Assembly (NCBI GenBank): GCA_025361625.1
Contig: JANYKL010000017.1
Location: 10,033 to 74,032, forward strand
Origin: Acidobacteriaceae bacterium
Lineage (GTDB): Bacteria; Acidobacteriota; Terriglobia; Terriglobales; Acidobacteriaceae
Length of the DNA: 64,000 bases
Direction: 5' to 3'
The position numbers were made by a program, and so were the translations under genes. The notes under the pieces were generated by a model. It was not told where the DNA came from, searched no databases, and saw nothing but the letters and a program-made list of their open reading frames with translations. Of the stretch, positions 25,601-34,696 are shown piece by piece; position 1 is the stretch's first letter, and every line of letters begins with the position of its first letter.

Positions 25601-26592
25601 GGCAGGTCGGCGGAGGCCAACTGACTGCCGGCGGTTCCCTGACCTACAAGCCTTTGCAATTCAATGTGGCGATGCAGGCCCAATCGGTTCGGCTGCGCTA
25701 TCCAAATGGTCTTCGAACGGTTCTTGACGGCAATCTCGCCTTGACTGGGACGAAAGAGTCTTCAGTCTTGAGTGGACGCGTGCTGATTGACTCACTCTCG
25801 TTTACTCCTGATTTCGATTTAGCAACGTTCGCCGATCAATTCAGCGGTGACAATGCGCCGCCGGCGCAGCCGGGTTTTGCCGAGTCGATCAATCTCTCCA
25901 TCGCTTTACTCTCCAAAGAAGGCTTAAGCGCGACCAGTTCGCAGGTCAGCCTTGAAGGCAACGCAAATTTTCATGTTGGGGGGACGGCAGCTGTTCCAAT
26001 TATCACGGGCCGCACCGACCTTAATTCTGGAGAGCTCTTTTACCGCAACGTGCGTTACGAATTGCAGCGCGGCATCATTTCGTTTGATGATCCCTACCAG
26101 ACGCATCCGGTGTTGAATGTCTCCGTCGGCACGACTGTTTCGCAATACAATCTGGTGCTTAACTTACGTGGACCTTTCGAGAAGCTCACGACTTCGTATT
26201 CTTCCGATCCGCCATTGGCGACGGCCGACATCATCAACCTGCTTGCGACCGGCAAGACAACGCAGCAAGCGGCTGCCAGCCAGAGCACCGATTCGATGAT
26301 CGCCTCGCAGGCGGCCGGTCAAGTTAGCGGAAGCGTGCAAAGATTGGCGGGCCTTTCAAGCCTTCAAATCGATCCGCTCATTGGTGGCAACAATCAAAAT
26401 TCTTCGGCTCGCGTGGCGCTGCAGCAACGGGTCACGAGGAATTTTCTGTTTACCTTTTCAACCGACGTGTCGCAACCGGGAAGCGAAGTGGTGCAGGGTG
26501 ATTACAGGCTTAGCAAGCGCTGGTCAGTGAGTGCGGCTCGCAAAGAAACTGGCGGAATTTCAATGGAAGGCCGCTTTCACACAAGCTTTTGA
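22666..26592 (+). CDS. tamB: translocation and assembly module protein TamB (AsmA-like, DUF490 C-terminus)
   Basis: N-terminal TM anchor (VGWAVAGLLALVILAVLGGYVF). About 1200 aa of beta-rich repetitive sequence. C-terminal LQIDPLIGG...ALQQRVTRNFLFTFSTDV...GDYRLSKRWSVSA is typical of TamB/DUF490. It starts 10 nt after the Omp85 gene; AGGAG lies 6 nt before the GTG. Confidence 0.85.
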   Translation: MVMKWREIVGWAVAGLLALVILAVLGGYVFLKSNRFQQMAIRRVTQATDEATGGKSEIRALNLNLRPLQVHLFDVKIHGTEPVGQPPLLQLDNLTVGVTVQSLLHREFNFNNAVLGHPVIYVRTNHAGVTNIPQSRAAKPANQPRTNIFQLAVGHFQIVDGELNYDDKKTPLDADLRHLDLNAHFDSSTRSYDGTIAYDDGHLKYAQLAVLPHNLRANFKATSVALRLEQANLALGGSTGALNLSLTNYSEPSIAGDYKIRVHTQDFAALSGGTNPAGDVTLVGKLSIPNLNAPALLSTITADGLLLTDAISAVATKERIEVRRLRGNYHLANASLRATGIGLEALEGTIQADIGVQHLDATPSTQVRATFRNISLHAAQRILGRPELKQVSLLSRVDGTTDLSWTDSINNLRASSDLSLRTSAANIQAGVQSAANVPVDGVIHLAYDGPKGTIDLHDSVLNIPATRITAQGEVSKRSNLRVHATTSDLQKLSALINAFRPGAIPSAISGSANLAATVHGSVKNPDIDGEISAENFTVQGSQWRSLQGNFEATPDGVTITEGSLVNARTGRATFNATLGLLEWSYLPSNPIRATMSVQQVSITDLQQLFNSHYPVSGDISAGFSFSGSQLNPQGSGTLKIARGRVYDEQLQNFAMKFSADHETIQTSLDVAISAGAATAYLSFSPETKRYSMNFDISSLSLQRLRYVHDRNLLVYGYLSASASGSGTIDNPQLNATVQLPKLTLRDKSVFGVKAQLKVADKQADFNLDSLVLDASVQAHGKVNLEGGYYTEASLDTASLPLDVLLALYLPNLPEGVKGQTEFHARLAGPLKDPSQIRADLTIPTLSASYQNYQLGSNGPIRVEYAKSVITVLPAEIQGTDTSLRFHGTVPLGGNGAPSFEAQGSVNMRALQMLSGDIRSSGSVTVDVKSSGGADHPNIAGQIQLHDVSAIQAGAPLGVEKLNGSLNIDNERIQLEALSGQVGGGQLTAGGSLTYKPLQFNVAMQAQSVRLRYPNGLRTVLDGNLALTGTKESSVLSGRVLIDSLSFTPDFDLATFADQFSGDNAPPAQPGFAESINLSIALLSKEGLSATSSQVSLEGNANFHVGGTAAVPIITGRTDLNSGELFYRNVRYELQRGIISFDDPYQTHPVLNVSVGTTVSQYNLVLNLRGPFEKLTTSYSSDPPLATADIINLLATGKTTQQAAASQSTDSMIASQAAGQVSGSVQRLAGLSSLQIDPLIGGNNQNSSARVALQQRVTRNFLFTFSTDVSQPGSEVVQGDYRLSKRWSVSAARKETGGISMEGRFHTSF

Positions 26593-26677
26593 TCCATTTT
26601 TTGTTCTTGGCGTGGGGGCAAACTTCGAGCCGGGTTACAACCTTACCGAAGCCGTTAAGATCAAAGTTGCTGCGCCT

Positions 26678-27634
26678 ATGTTGAATTCCGTCTTCAGGTC
26701 TGGGAGTGTGCCTGCCAATCGCGTGGCTAAAGTCCGTCCCGAATCGACATGGCGCTTGGCGCGCCTGGGCTGGTGGCGCCTGGCGAAACAGGTGTGGGCG
26801 GAAACTCTCAACGACGATCTCGATAATCGGGCCTACGAACTGGCCTACAACTTTCTGATTGCGGCCTTCCCGCTGCTTCTGGTTTTGATGGCGCTGTTCG
26901 GGCTGTTCGCGGGCCGGAAGGTTGAGCTCCGAGCCGACTTGTTCAACTATCTAGCGCAAGTGATCCCCTCGCTCGCCTATGAACTGATCGGCACCACGCT
27001 AAACCAAGTCATGCAAAGTGGCGGAAGCGGCAAGATCACCACCGGACTATTACTGGCGCTGATTGCGGGTTCGAGCGGCACCACGCAGTTAATGTACACG
27101 TTGAATGTTGCTTATCAACTTCGCGAGACGCGCTCGTGGCTGAAAATTCACTCCATTTCGCTTGCCCTCACGCTAGCAATTATTTTTCTGATTACAGGCG
27201 CGTTGTTATTGGTTCTAGCCGGAGGCTACGTAGCCGAAGTTCTTGGCAATCGAATGGGGCTGAGTCGTCTGTTTGTGATTGGATGGAAGAGCGTGCAAGC
27301 GATGCTATCAATCGGATTCGCGATGACGAGCTTTGCGCTCGTCTACCACTTCGCTCCCAATCACAAAACACGCCGCTGGCAATGGATTTCGCCGGGCTCT
27401 ACAGTTGGAGTCGCTTTGTGGCTGGCGGCCTCGGGATTATTACGGTTATATCTTCACTTCAGCGCTTCTTATAGCGCCGTCTACGGGTCGCTTGGAGGAG
27501 TGATTATTTTGCTTTTGTGGTTTTATGTGACGGGATTTGCATTCTTGATCGGCGGGGAAGTTAACTCCGTCATTCAACACGCCAGTGAGCGCGACCTTGC
27601 GAAACCAGTGGGCGAGCAGACTCAGGCAGCCTGA
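26678..27634 (+). CDS. YihY/BrkB family inner-membrane protein (second paralog)
   Basis: ELAYNFLIAAFPLLLVLMALFGLF ... YGSLGGVIILLLWFYVTGFAFLIGGEVN. The start is set at the MLNSVF Met, because the ORF-track start at 26531 overlaps tamB. Confidence 0.8.
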   Translation: MLNSVFRSGSVPANRVAKVRPESTWRLARLGWWRLAKQVWAETLNDDLDNRAYELAYNFLIAAFPLLLVLMALFGLFAGRKVELRADLFNYLAQVIPSLAYELIGTTLNQVMQSGGSGKITTGLLLALIAGSSGTTQLMYTLNVAYQLRETRSWLKIHSISLALTLAIIFLITGALLLVLAGGYVAEVLGNRMGLSRLFVIGWKSVQAMLSIGFAMTSFALVYHFAPNHKTRRWQWISPGSTVGVALWLAASGLLRLYLHFSASYSAVYGSLGGVIILLLWFYVTGFAFLIGGEVNSVIQHASERDLAKPVGEQTQAA

Positions 27635-27689
27635 CTTTCCGGACGCGGACGCTCGCCTGCTGCCTTGGCGGCGTCTCGCTGGATAAGAA

Positions 27690-28823
27690 CTAGGCGCGCA
27701 GGAGTTGCCATCCCATGGCGAGTCCGCTCGACAGGTGCGAGCGTGCGGAGCCTTCGCCAACGTGCAGGGCGAGCATTCCAGCAAATGCGGCTGGATTTTG
27801 CTCGAACACTTGCATTGCTCGCCTCCGCAAGCGAGGGTGTTTGGCCATGAAGAGCATCATGTGCGACATCAAGGCGGGACGACGGCCGAGAGCTTGATGG
27901 CCGCTTTGATAGCGAGCCAAATCTCCAGTTGCCAAACACTCTCCGAGCAATGCTGCCTGGCGGAAAGTTAAGCAGAGGCCTTCGCCTGTGATCGCATCAA
28001 CGCCACCCGAAGCGTCTCCGATCAACGCCGTTCGGTCGCGATAGACACGGCTCAGGCGGCGCGTCACAGTGATCGCGCCTCGCTCAGTCGAGGTATATTC
28101 GGCTTTGTCAAGATGGGAGCAGAGTTTGGGAAATTCGTTCAGCGCTTTTTCAAGTCTCAACTTTGAATCGTAAGAGATAAGCGCAACACATACTTCTTGT
28201 TTGCTGACGGGCGTGACGTATACCTGACATTCCGCGCCCCAATGAAGTTCCATGCAGTCGGTCCAAGGAGCGACCTGGTAGTGGCGGCGGAAAGCGAAGC
28301 GCAACTTTTTATTTTTCCCGGCACGCAGTTCAGGGGGATCCAGGTTCGCCCATCCACGCACTCGCGAACTGGTTCCGTCAGCGCCCACTACCCAGCGAGC
28401 ACGTACTGGCTCTCCTGCGACCATCACACCTTCAGGATGCAGCCCGGTAACTGCAACCTGCCATAGCGTTTGTACCCCGCAGGCGACTGCGTGTTCAACC
28501 ATGGCGCTATGCAGATGGGTGCGCCGGATTCCGTAGGCCATGCCGCGAGGGAAAGCCGCTTCAGCCACTACACCATCGCTTAAAAAGCGGATGCCGCCGA
28601 ATGGGTAGAAGTCGTGCTCGGGAATAGAAATGTCCAACGCTTGCAGGGCTTTCACCCCGTCGGGCATAAGGCCTTCGCCGCACGCCTTATCAATAGGCAA
28701 GATGGCTCCGTCCGCAACCAGCACGCTCAAACCGTGAAGACGAGCTGCGATGGCGGTGGCTAGCCCGGCGGGCCCACCGCCGACGACAAAAACGTCCCAC
28801 GACTTTTTGTATATGCCGGGCAT
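27690..28823 (-). CDS. FAD-dependent oxidoreductase (geranylgeranyl-reductase / aromatic hydroxylase-like)
   Basis: Dinucleotide fold WDVFVVGGGPAGLATAIAARLHGLSVLVAD. GDASGGVDAITGEGL is the second FAD motif. It lies 52 nt downstream of the type III PKS on the same strand. Start is the ATG at 28823 or the GTG at 28841. Confidence 0.8.
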   Translation of the reverse strand: MPGIYKKSWDVFVVGGGPAGLATAIAARLHGLSVLVADGAILPIDKACGEGLMPDGVKALQALDISIPEHDFYPFGGIRFLSDGVVAEAAFPRGMAYGIRRTHLHSAMVEHAVACGVQTLWQVAVTGLHPEGVMVAGEPVRARWVVGADGTSSRVRGWANLDPPELRAGKNKKLRFAFRRHYQVAPWTDCMELHWGAECQVYVTPVSKQEVCVALISYDSKLRLEKALNEFPKLCSHLDKAEYTSTERGAITVTRRLSRVYRDRTALIGDASGGVDAITGEGLCLTFRQAALLGECLATGDLARYQSGHQALGRRPALMSHMMLFMAKHPRLRRRAMQVFEQNPAAFAGMLALHVGEGSARSHLSSGLAMGWQLLRA

Positions 28824-28892
28824 AAGTTGGAGGAGCAACACGCCGTAGCGTGCCGTTTCATATTCAAATCGGTTAACGCTGAGGCGCCGAAA

Positions 28893-29942
28893 TCACCATT
28901 CCAGCAAGACGAATTCGGCACAAAAGCCCGGTCCCATGGCTGCCAGCAATCCGAGCGTTCCTGGCTCTGGACGCCGATTCTTCATGACTTCTTCAAGCAC
29001 AACCAGCACAGATGCGGAAGAGAGGTTGCCGGTGCGGCGAAGACAGTCCCACGAGACGTCGAGTTGACCATTTTTCAACTCAAGCGCGTCGGCGGTGGCT
29101 TCGAGAATTTTCGGGCCGCCGGTGTGCAGGACCCAGCTTTTGATATCGGAACGGGTTAAGCCACGCTCGGCGAGAAAACCATCAAGGTCATGCGCAAGAT
29201 TTTTGCGAACTAAATCCGGCAGGTCGCGAGACAGGATGATGCGAAACCCCTTTTCGGTGATGTCCCACCCCATCATCTCTTCGGTGTTGGGATAAAACAC
29301 AGAGCGCGTCGCTAGAATTTTCGGGCCGGATTCTCCGCATTCATCCCCGGTAACAATTACCGCCGCGGCACCGTCGCCGAACAATCCTGCTGAAATGAGG
29401 TTCGCCATGGAAACGTCTTCGCGCTGTAATGTCAGAGAGCAAAGTTCGACAGAGAGAACCAACGCGACCTGATCGGGATAAGCGCGCACATAGTCGGCAG
29501 CCCGCGAAATAGCTGCCGCCCCCGCCACGCAACCGAGGCCGAAAATCGGGACGCGTCGGATGCCGCGGCATAAGCCCATCTGGTTGATGAGGAGAGCATC
29601 AATCGACGGACTGCTGATGCCGGTGACTGAAGCAAAAAAAAACGCGCCTAAATTACGTCCGTGTAAGCCAGCGGCTGCCAAAGCGCTGGTAACAGCCTTT
29701 TCGCCGAGTTCCTTGGCGATGCGAATCCAGTGGTGGTTGGCTTCACCCCAGGTTCGCATCTTCACATACTCTTCTTTGGGAAGTGCTAGAAAGCGGCCCT
29801 CAACCCCGACGTGGCGGTGCAAGCGGCGCAATACGTTGGGATTTGCGACCTTTTCGCCCCAGTATTCCTGCAACGCGGCCAGCAACATTTCTTGTGAATA
29901 ATAGTGCTGTGGGAAAGCGCTCGCGGCGCTGGCGATTCTCAT
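28893..29942 (-). CDS. type III polyketide synthase (chalcone/stilbene synthase family)
   Basis: Cys-His-Asn triad contexts are all present: FGLGCVAGAAAISRA, WVLHTGGPKILE, GNLSSASVLVVLEEV. 349 aa, which is the family size. Confidence 0.9.
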   Translation of the reverse strand: MRIASAASAFPQHYYSQEMLLAALQEYWGEKVANPNVLRRLHRHVGVEGRFLALPKEEYVKMRTWGEANHHWIRIAKELGEKAVTSALAAAGLHGRNLGAFFFASVTGISSPSIDALLINQMGLCRGIRRVPIFGLGCVAGAAAISRAADYVRAYPDQVALVLSVELCSLTLQREDVSMANLISAGLFGDGAAAVIVTGDECGESGPKILATRSVFYPNTEEMMGWDITEKGFRIILSRDLPDLVRKNLAHDLDGFLAERGLTRSDIKSWVLHTGGPKILEATADALELKNGQLDVSWDCLRRTGNLSSASVLVVLEEVMKNRRPEPGTLGLLAAMGPGFCAEFVLLEW

Positions 29943-30067
29943 AGGGTCGTCGGGATCTGCCTGATCAACAAGTCATTATGTAGGCAATTAAAAATTGGAT
30001 GCACATTAGCTGGCCAAGATCCGGTTTGGAGATGTTAAATTATTGACTCCAGAAAGGTAGAAAAATT

Positions 30068-30646
30068 GTGAAATTCGTAGGCGGGCTGATTCTTGGTTTG
30101 ATTCTTGTCCCACTTTTCGCTTTTACCTATTTCGTTTCGGGCAGCGCTCCCGTTGCTGTTACCGATTCTGACATGCCTTTCGAAAGCTACCTGGCGCATA
30201 AGGCGTTGAACGCGCGCATCAAGAAAGAAATGCCGAAAAACGTTCCGGTGCCGGCCACCGAGCCCAATTATGTTGCCGGAGCCGACCTCTACAAGCAACA
30301 TTGTGCCGTGTGTCACGGCGTTCCTCTCTCACCGAAAACCGCGATCGCTGCGGGAATGTATCCGCACCCGCCGCTGCTTTTTGAGGGCAAGGGCGTGACA
30401 GACGATGAGGCGGGCGAAACATATTGGAAGATCTTCAACGGCATCCGCCTGACTGGAATGCCGGGATTCAGCAAGTCGTTGACGGAAACGCAGATGTGGC
30501 AGATCGCGCTACTTCTGGCGAATGCCGACAAGTTGCCGCCTGCCGCTAAGACTGTATTAGTGATGCCAGCAGTAATTCCGGCGCCTGCGGGTTTACAAAC
30601 GACCCCAACTTCTCCTGTTCCCGCGCCGCCGACGCCGACTAAATAA
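30068..30646 (+). CDS. membrane-anchored monohaem c-type cytochrome
   Basis: N-terminal TM helix, one CxxCH (CAVCHG), and a downstream IRLTGMPGF Met-ligand region. Confidence 0.75.
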   Translation: MKFVGGLILGLILVPLFAFTYFVSGSAPVAVTDSDMPFESYLAHKALNARIKKEMPKNVPVPATEPNYVAGADLYKQHCAVCHGVPLSPKTAIAAGMYPHPPLLFEGKGVTDDEAGETYWKIFNGIRLTGMPGFSKSLTETQMWQIALLLANADKLPPAAKTVLVMPAVIPAPAGLQTTPTSPVPAPPTPTK

Positions 30647-30682
30647 TCGACCGGACCTGTAGTTCGGGGCTATGGTGTAGAC

Positions 30683-31222
30683 ATGGCATTCGGACGTCCC
30701 CGGAAGCTCTTCACCGAAGTGGAGCTTTATGACTACGCGATCAGCGCGCTCGGGCGCCGATCGCGTTCTGTAGCCGAACTGAAACGTCTGCTGCGCAATC
30801 GGGTTGAGGCTGACACTGAATTTGGCAAAACTCTTGTAGAACTTATTGTCGTCCGCCTCAAAGATCAGGGCTATCTGAATGACGCGAAATACGCGGCGGC
30901 TTTTACCTCCTACCGAAGAGACAACCAAAAATTCGGGAAAATTCGAGTCGTAAATGAACTCAGAGTGAAGGGCGTGCACGGCGATGTAATCGAAAAGGCC
31001 GTAGGCAACGGATATGAGGATGTAAAAGAAGAAACACTGGCGCGGGAATACCTGCGGCGCAAGCGAATCCCAAAGCCGAAGGATAGAAATAAGAAAGAGG
31101 CTGCCCGTGTTTTTCGGAATCTGACGCGCGCTGGATTCGGTTCGCGTACGATATTCGCCATCCTCAAAAAGTGGGACGTGGACGAGGAGATCATTTCCGA
31201 ATTCGAAAGCGAAGCTTCGTAA
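30683..31222 (+). CDS. recX: RecA regulator RecX
   Basis: LYDYAISALGRRSRSVAELKRLL ... GYLNDAKYAAAFTSYRR ... RVFRNLTRAGFGSRTI. This is the three-helical-repeat RecX pattern, about 180 aa. Confidence 0.75.
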   Translation: MAFGRPRKLFTEVELYDYAISALGRRSRSVAELKRLLRNRVEADTEFGKTLVELIVVRLKDQGYLNDAKYAAAFTSYRRDNQKFGKIRVVNELRVKGVHGDVIEKAVGNGYEDVKEETLAREYLRRKRIPKPKDRNKKEAARVFRNLTRAGFGSRTIFAILKKWDVDEEIISEFESEAS

Positions 31223-31326
31223 GGGTTACCGATAACTGAAATAGGATGGAGGCTTAACTTGCGCCACTAGAGTCTCTCTGTTAGAACTTTGCAGCGGTAC
31301 CAGTGTTTAAATCCTCCGGAGGCACC

Positions 31327-31665
31327 ATGAAAACGAAATTCAGCTTAATGATGACATCGGCATTACTATCCCTCTCCCTGCTATCTTTCGGCCAGGAAAC
31401 AGTGAAGAGCGACACCGAAGACGCGGGACACGCGACCAAAGTCGCAGCCAAGAAAACCGGACACGCCACGAAGAAAGCTGCCGTTAAGACGGGCGACGCC
31501 GTAGACACAGGCGCGCACAAAACCGGACATGCAACGAAGAAAGCGGCGGTGAAAACCGGCGATGCCGCTCATGACACAGGCCATGCCGTGAAGAAAGGCA
31601 CCAAGAAGACCGGCCACGCGATTAAAGACGGAGCTGAAACGACAAAAGACGAGGTGAAGCAGTAG
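31327..31665 (+). CDS. small secreted Lys/Thr/Gly/His-rich tandem-repeat protein
   Basis: Signal peptide MKTKFSLMMTSALLSLSLLSFGQ, then KTGHATKKAAVKTGDA-type repeats. Two 16-codon copies (31453..31500 and 31519..31566) differ at 8 synonymous and 0 non-synonymous positions. GGAGG SD before the ATG at 31327. Confidence 0.65.
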   Translation: MKTKFSLMMTSALLSLSLLSFGQETVKSDTEDAGHATKVAAKKTGHATKKAAVKTGDAVDTGAHKTGHATKKAAVKTGDAAHDTGHAVKKGTKKTGHAIKDGAETTKDEVKQ

Positions 31666-31732
31666 TTGAACGCATTCCGGACGGATGAATGATCCGCCCC
31701 TTCGTCGCCGTAGTTACAGTCGTACGAAAATG

Positions 31733-31758
31733 AGGACGGGCTTGCGCCCGTCCTTTTT
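31733..31758 (+). terminator. rho-independent terminator
   Basis: AGGACGGGC-TTGC-GCCCGTCCT forms a 9-bp GC-rich stem with a 4-nt loop, followed by TTTT. It lies 68 nt after the stop of the repeat-protein gene. Confidence 0.6.
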
Positions 31759-31846
31759 ACTTTGCAGCGTCTTCTCGCGATGGGTGCGGCAGCAGGGAGA
31801 ACCGCTCGACTCTCGCACTATCATTTAGAATCTGATTTCGCAGACA

Positions 31847-34645
31847 TTGGCTTATCACTTGGACAAAAAACTTACAGGCTCCGAAATTCGCTCGAAGTTT
31901 CTCGACTTTTTCTTGGAGAAAGGGCACCGCAAGGTTCACTCGTCTTCTCTCATCCCGGCGGACGATCCGACTCTGCTCTTTACCAATGCCGGGATGAACC
32001 AGTTTAAGGACGTCTTCCTCGGACTGGAAAAGCGCGCTTACGACAAAGCAACCACTTCTCAGAAATGTGTGCGCGCGGGAGGCAAGCACAACGATCTCGA
32101 AAACGTGGGCTTTACCAATCGCCACCACACTTTTTTCGAGATGCTGGGAAATTTTTCTTTCGGTGACTACTTCAAGAAAGATGCGATCGCCTACGCATGG
32201 GAGCTGATTACATCGCCGCAGTGGTTTGGCATCGACAAGTCAAAGCTGTACGTAACCATCTTTAAAGGTGAAAATGGCGTCCCGCGCGATGCCGAGGCTT
32301 ACGATCTGTGGATCGCCGGGGGAGTCGGGCGAGATCGCATCTTCGAGTTTGGCGCAAAAGATAATTTCTGGCAGATGGGCGACACCGGACCCTGCGGTCC
32401 GTGTAGCGAGATTCATTACGATGTGGGCGTGATCGCAAGCGATCAGGGCCATACCGATTGCACATTCGGCTGCGATTGCGGACGCTACGTCGAACTCTGG
32501 AATCTCGTCTTCATGCAGTTCGATCGCGATGCGAGTGGCACGTTGAATCCCCTGCCGAAGCCGTCAATCGACACAGGCATGGGATTGGAGCGCATTGCGG
32601 CGGTGCTGCAGGGCGTGATCTCAAACTACGATACGGATTTATTTACGCCGTTGATCGCGAAGGCGGCGAACATCACGAACTACAAGTCTGCCGGCGATTC
32701 CGTCGCGTCCGAGAATCCCGAAGCTTCGTTACGGATCATTGCCGACCATTCGCGCGCGTTAACTTTTCTGATCTCAGACGGTGTGCAACCTGCAAATGAG
32801 GGTCGCGGCTACGTGCTCCGTAAAATCATGCGACGCGCTATCACACACGGACGTTTGCTGGGGCAGACCAAGCCGTTCTTATGCGAGATGGTCTTTGCCG
32901 TGCGGGACTTGATGCGAGACGCTTACCCCGAACTCAACGAGACAATTGAGCATGTGAGCAGAACTGTTCGGGCGGAGGAGGAACGCTTTTCGCGCACGGT
33001 GGACGCTGGTTTGCACACGCTTGAACAGGAACTGAACGAACTGCGTGCCAAACAAGGCGATCCTAACTCTGCGGTGCTGCCCGGGGGTGTTGCTTTCAAG
33101 CTTTACGACACTTACGGACTGCCGCTTGATTTCATAGAGGATGTGCTACGAGATAACGGAGCGACCTTGGATCGGCAAGGCTTTCAGCAGGCGATGGCGG
33201 AACAGAAATCGCGCGCGCGCGCCTCATGGAAAGGGGCAGCCAAGCAGACGGCAAACCCGGCTTACCAGCAACTCCCGAGGTCAGAGTTTGAAGGCTATCG
33301 ACAGACGCGATCCGATCACTGCGAGGTGCTCGCCATCATCAAGGCAGGTCAAGGCACTCAGGAATTAAATGCGGGGGAGCAGGGTGAAATCATTTTGGAT
33401 CACACTCCCTTCTACGCCGAATCGGGCGGCCAGGTCGGCGATCGCGGGCGGCTCTTCTCCGAAGATCACAATACTGTTGTGGCTGAAGTGGCGGGGTGCT
33501 ATTACCCGGTTCAGGGAGTGCGTGCGCACCAGGTGATGACGAAACAACAAATTCGTGTCGGGCAAAAAGTGGATGCAGTGGTCGATACTGCGATTCGCGC
33601 GTCGACCATGCGTAATCACACTGCGACGCATCTCTTGCAGGCGGGGCTGCGCGAAGTACTGGGTAAACATGTGAAGCAGGCAGGATCGCTTGTCGCTCCC
33701 AATCATCTGCGCTTTGATTTTTCACACTTCACGGGAGTGGCTGAAGAGGAGCTGCAGGATATAGAAGACCTCATTAATAAAGAAGTTTTGGGCAACGAGC
33801 GGGTCGAGATCATCGAAAACGTTCCGATTGACGTTGCAGTCAACGAATATCACGCCATGGCTTTGTTCGGTGAAAAGTACGGCGACAAGGTGCGCGTGAT
33901 CAAGATCGGAGATTTTTCAACCGAGCTGTGCGGGGGCACGCACACAGGACAGACGGGCGAAATCGGCCTGATAAAAATTTTGAAAGAAGGTAGCGTCTCT
34001 TCGGGCGTGCGCCGGATTGAGGCAGTCACCGGAGAGGGATCGCTTCGACACTTCAGGAAAGATCACGAACTGGAGGGCGTTGTGGCGAGCCTGGTCGGGC
34101 CGACCCTTTTGCAGAAAACTCGAAAAGACGGGGCGCCGTCGCTCGATTCTGCCGCTTCGAGTTCGGCCCAGGAGATGGCTTCTCCGGCTGAAGCGTTGCG
34201 GGCTGAGCTTGAAAAGAGAGATGCCGAAATCAAGCGTTTGGGGCGCGAGCTCGACCAGGCACGAATGAAGTCGGCGTCGTCGAGCACGGCGAACATCGGC
34301 GAAAAAGTAAAAGACGTCCGCGGGGTCAAGGTGCTGGCGCATCGCGTCGATCATCTGGAGCGCGCGCAAATGCGCACGCTGGTCGACCAGCTTCGCGACA
34401 AAATTGGCTCGGGCATCGTGGTGCTGGGCTCGGCTTCGAACGGAAGCGTTTCGTTAATTGTCGGTGTAACCAAAGATCTTACAAACCGTCTTCAAGCCGG
34501 AAAGATCATCGCTCCGGTGGCGCAGAAAGTTGGCGGAAAAGGCGGAGGACGACCGGATCTGGCGGAGGCGGGGGGCAAAGATATAGGGGCGCTCGACGCC
34601 GCGCTGGATGGGGTGTACGGCGTAGTTGAATCACTCTTAATTTAG
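31847..34645 (+). CDS. alaS: alanine--tRNA ligase
   Basis: [34 protein letters not shown], class II motifs, editing-domain HTATHLL, CGGTH, and a C-terminal DHHA1-like region. TTG start at 31847 or 31859. Confidence 0.95.
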   Translation: MAYHLDKKLTGSEIRSKFLDFFLEKGHRKVHSSSLIPADDPTLLFTNAGMNQFKDVFLGLEKRAYDKATTSQKCVRAGGKHNDLENVGFTNRHHTFFEMLGNFSFGDYFKKDAIAYAWELITSPQWFGIDKSKLYVTIFKGENGVPRDAEAYDLWIAGGVGRDRIFEFGAKDNFWQMGDTGPCGPCSEIHYDVGVIASDQGHTDCTFGCDCGRYVELWNLVFMQFDRDASGTLNPLPKPSIDTGMGLERIAAVLQGVISNYDTDLFTPLIAKAANITNYKSAGDSVASENPEASLRIIADHSRALTFLISDGVQPANEGRGYVLRKIMRRAITHGRLLGQTKPFLCEMVFAVRDLMRDAYPELNETIEHVSRTVRAEEERFSRTVDAGLHTLEQELNELRAKQGDPNSAVLPGGVAFKLYDTYGLPLDFIEDVLRDNGATLDRQGFQQAMAEQKSRARASWKGAAKQTANPAYQQLPRSEFEGYRQTRSDHCEVLAIIKAGQGTQELNAGEQGEIILDHTPFYAESGGQVGDRGRLFSEDHNTVVAEVAGCYYPVQGVRAHQVMTKQQIRVGQKVDAVVDTAIRASTMRNHTATHLLQAGLREVLGKHVKQAGSLVAPNHLRFDFSHFTGVAEEELQDIEDLINKEVLGNERVEIIENVPIDVAVNEYHAMALFGEKYGDKVRVIKIGDFSTELCGGTHTGQTGEIGLIKILKEGSVSSGVRRIEAVTGEGSLRHFRKDHELEGVVASLVGPTLLQKTRKDGAPSLDSAASSSAQEMASPAEALRAELEKRDAEIKRLGRELDQARMKSASSSTANIGEKVKDVRGVKVLAHRVDHLERAQMRTLVDQLRDKIGSGIVVLGSASNGSVSLIVGVTKDLTNRLQAGKIIAPVAQKVGGKGGGRPDLAEAGGKDIGALDAALDGVYGVVESLLI

Positions 34646-34696
34646 CGGATCGTATTAGGGAATCAGATTAGCGGATCGGGGTTGAAGCGAGTGGCC

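Noticed and set aside
26531-26677. Upstream extension of the second yihY ORF overlapping the tamB 3' end
   Set aside because: The extension lies in an alternative frame of the conserved TamB C-terminus and lacks YihY-like sequence. The internal Met at 26678 gives a normal-length protein.
31313-31322. Perfect 10-bp palindrome CCTCCGGAGG covering the SD of the repeat-protein gene
   Set aside because: It cannot form a hairpin on its own because there is no loop. It most simply reflects a GGAGG SD preceded by chance complementarity.
31757-32128. 123-aa minus-strand ORF at the alaS 5' end
   Set aside because: It overlaps the conserved AlaRS N-terminus on the opposite strand and begins inside the terminator hairpin. 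Spurious.
34641-34677. Direct repeat TTAGCGGATCG x2 straddling the alaS stop
   Set aside because: A single 11-nt duplication with no associated structure or coding consequence.
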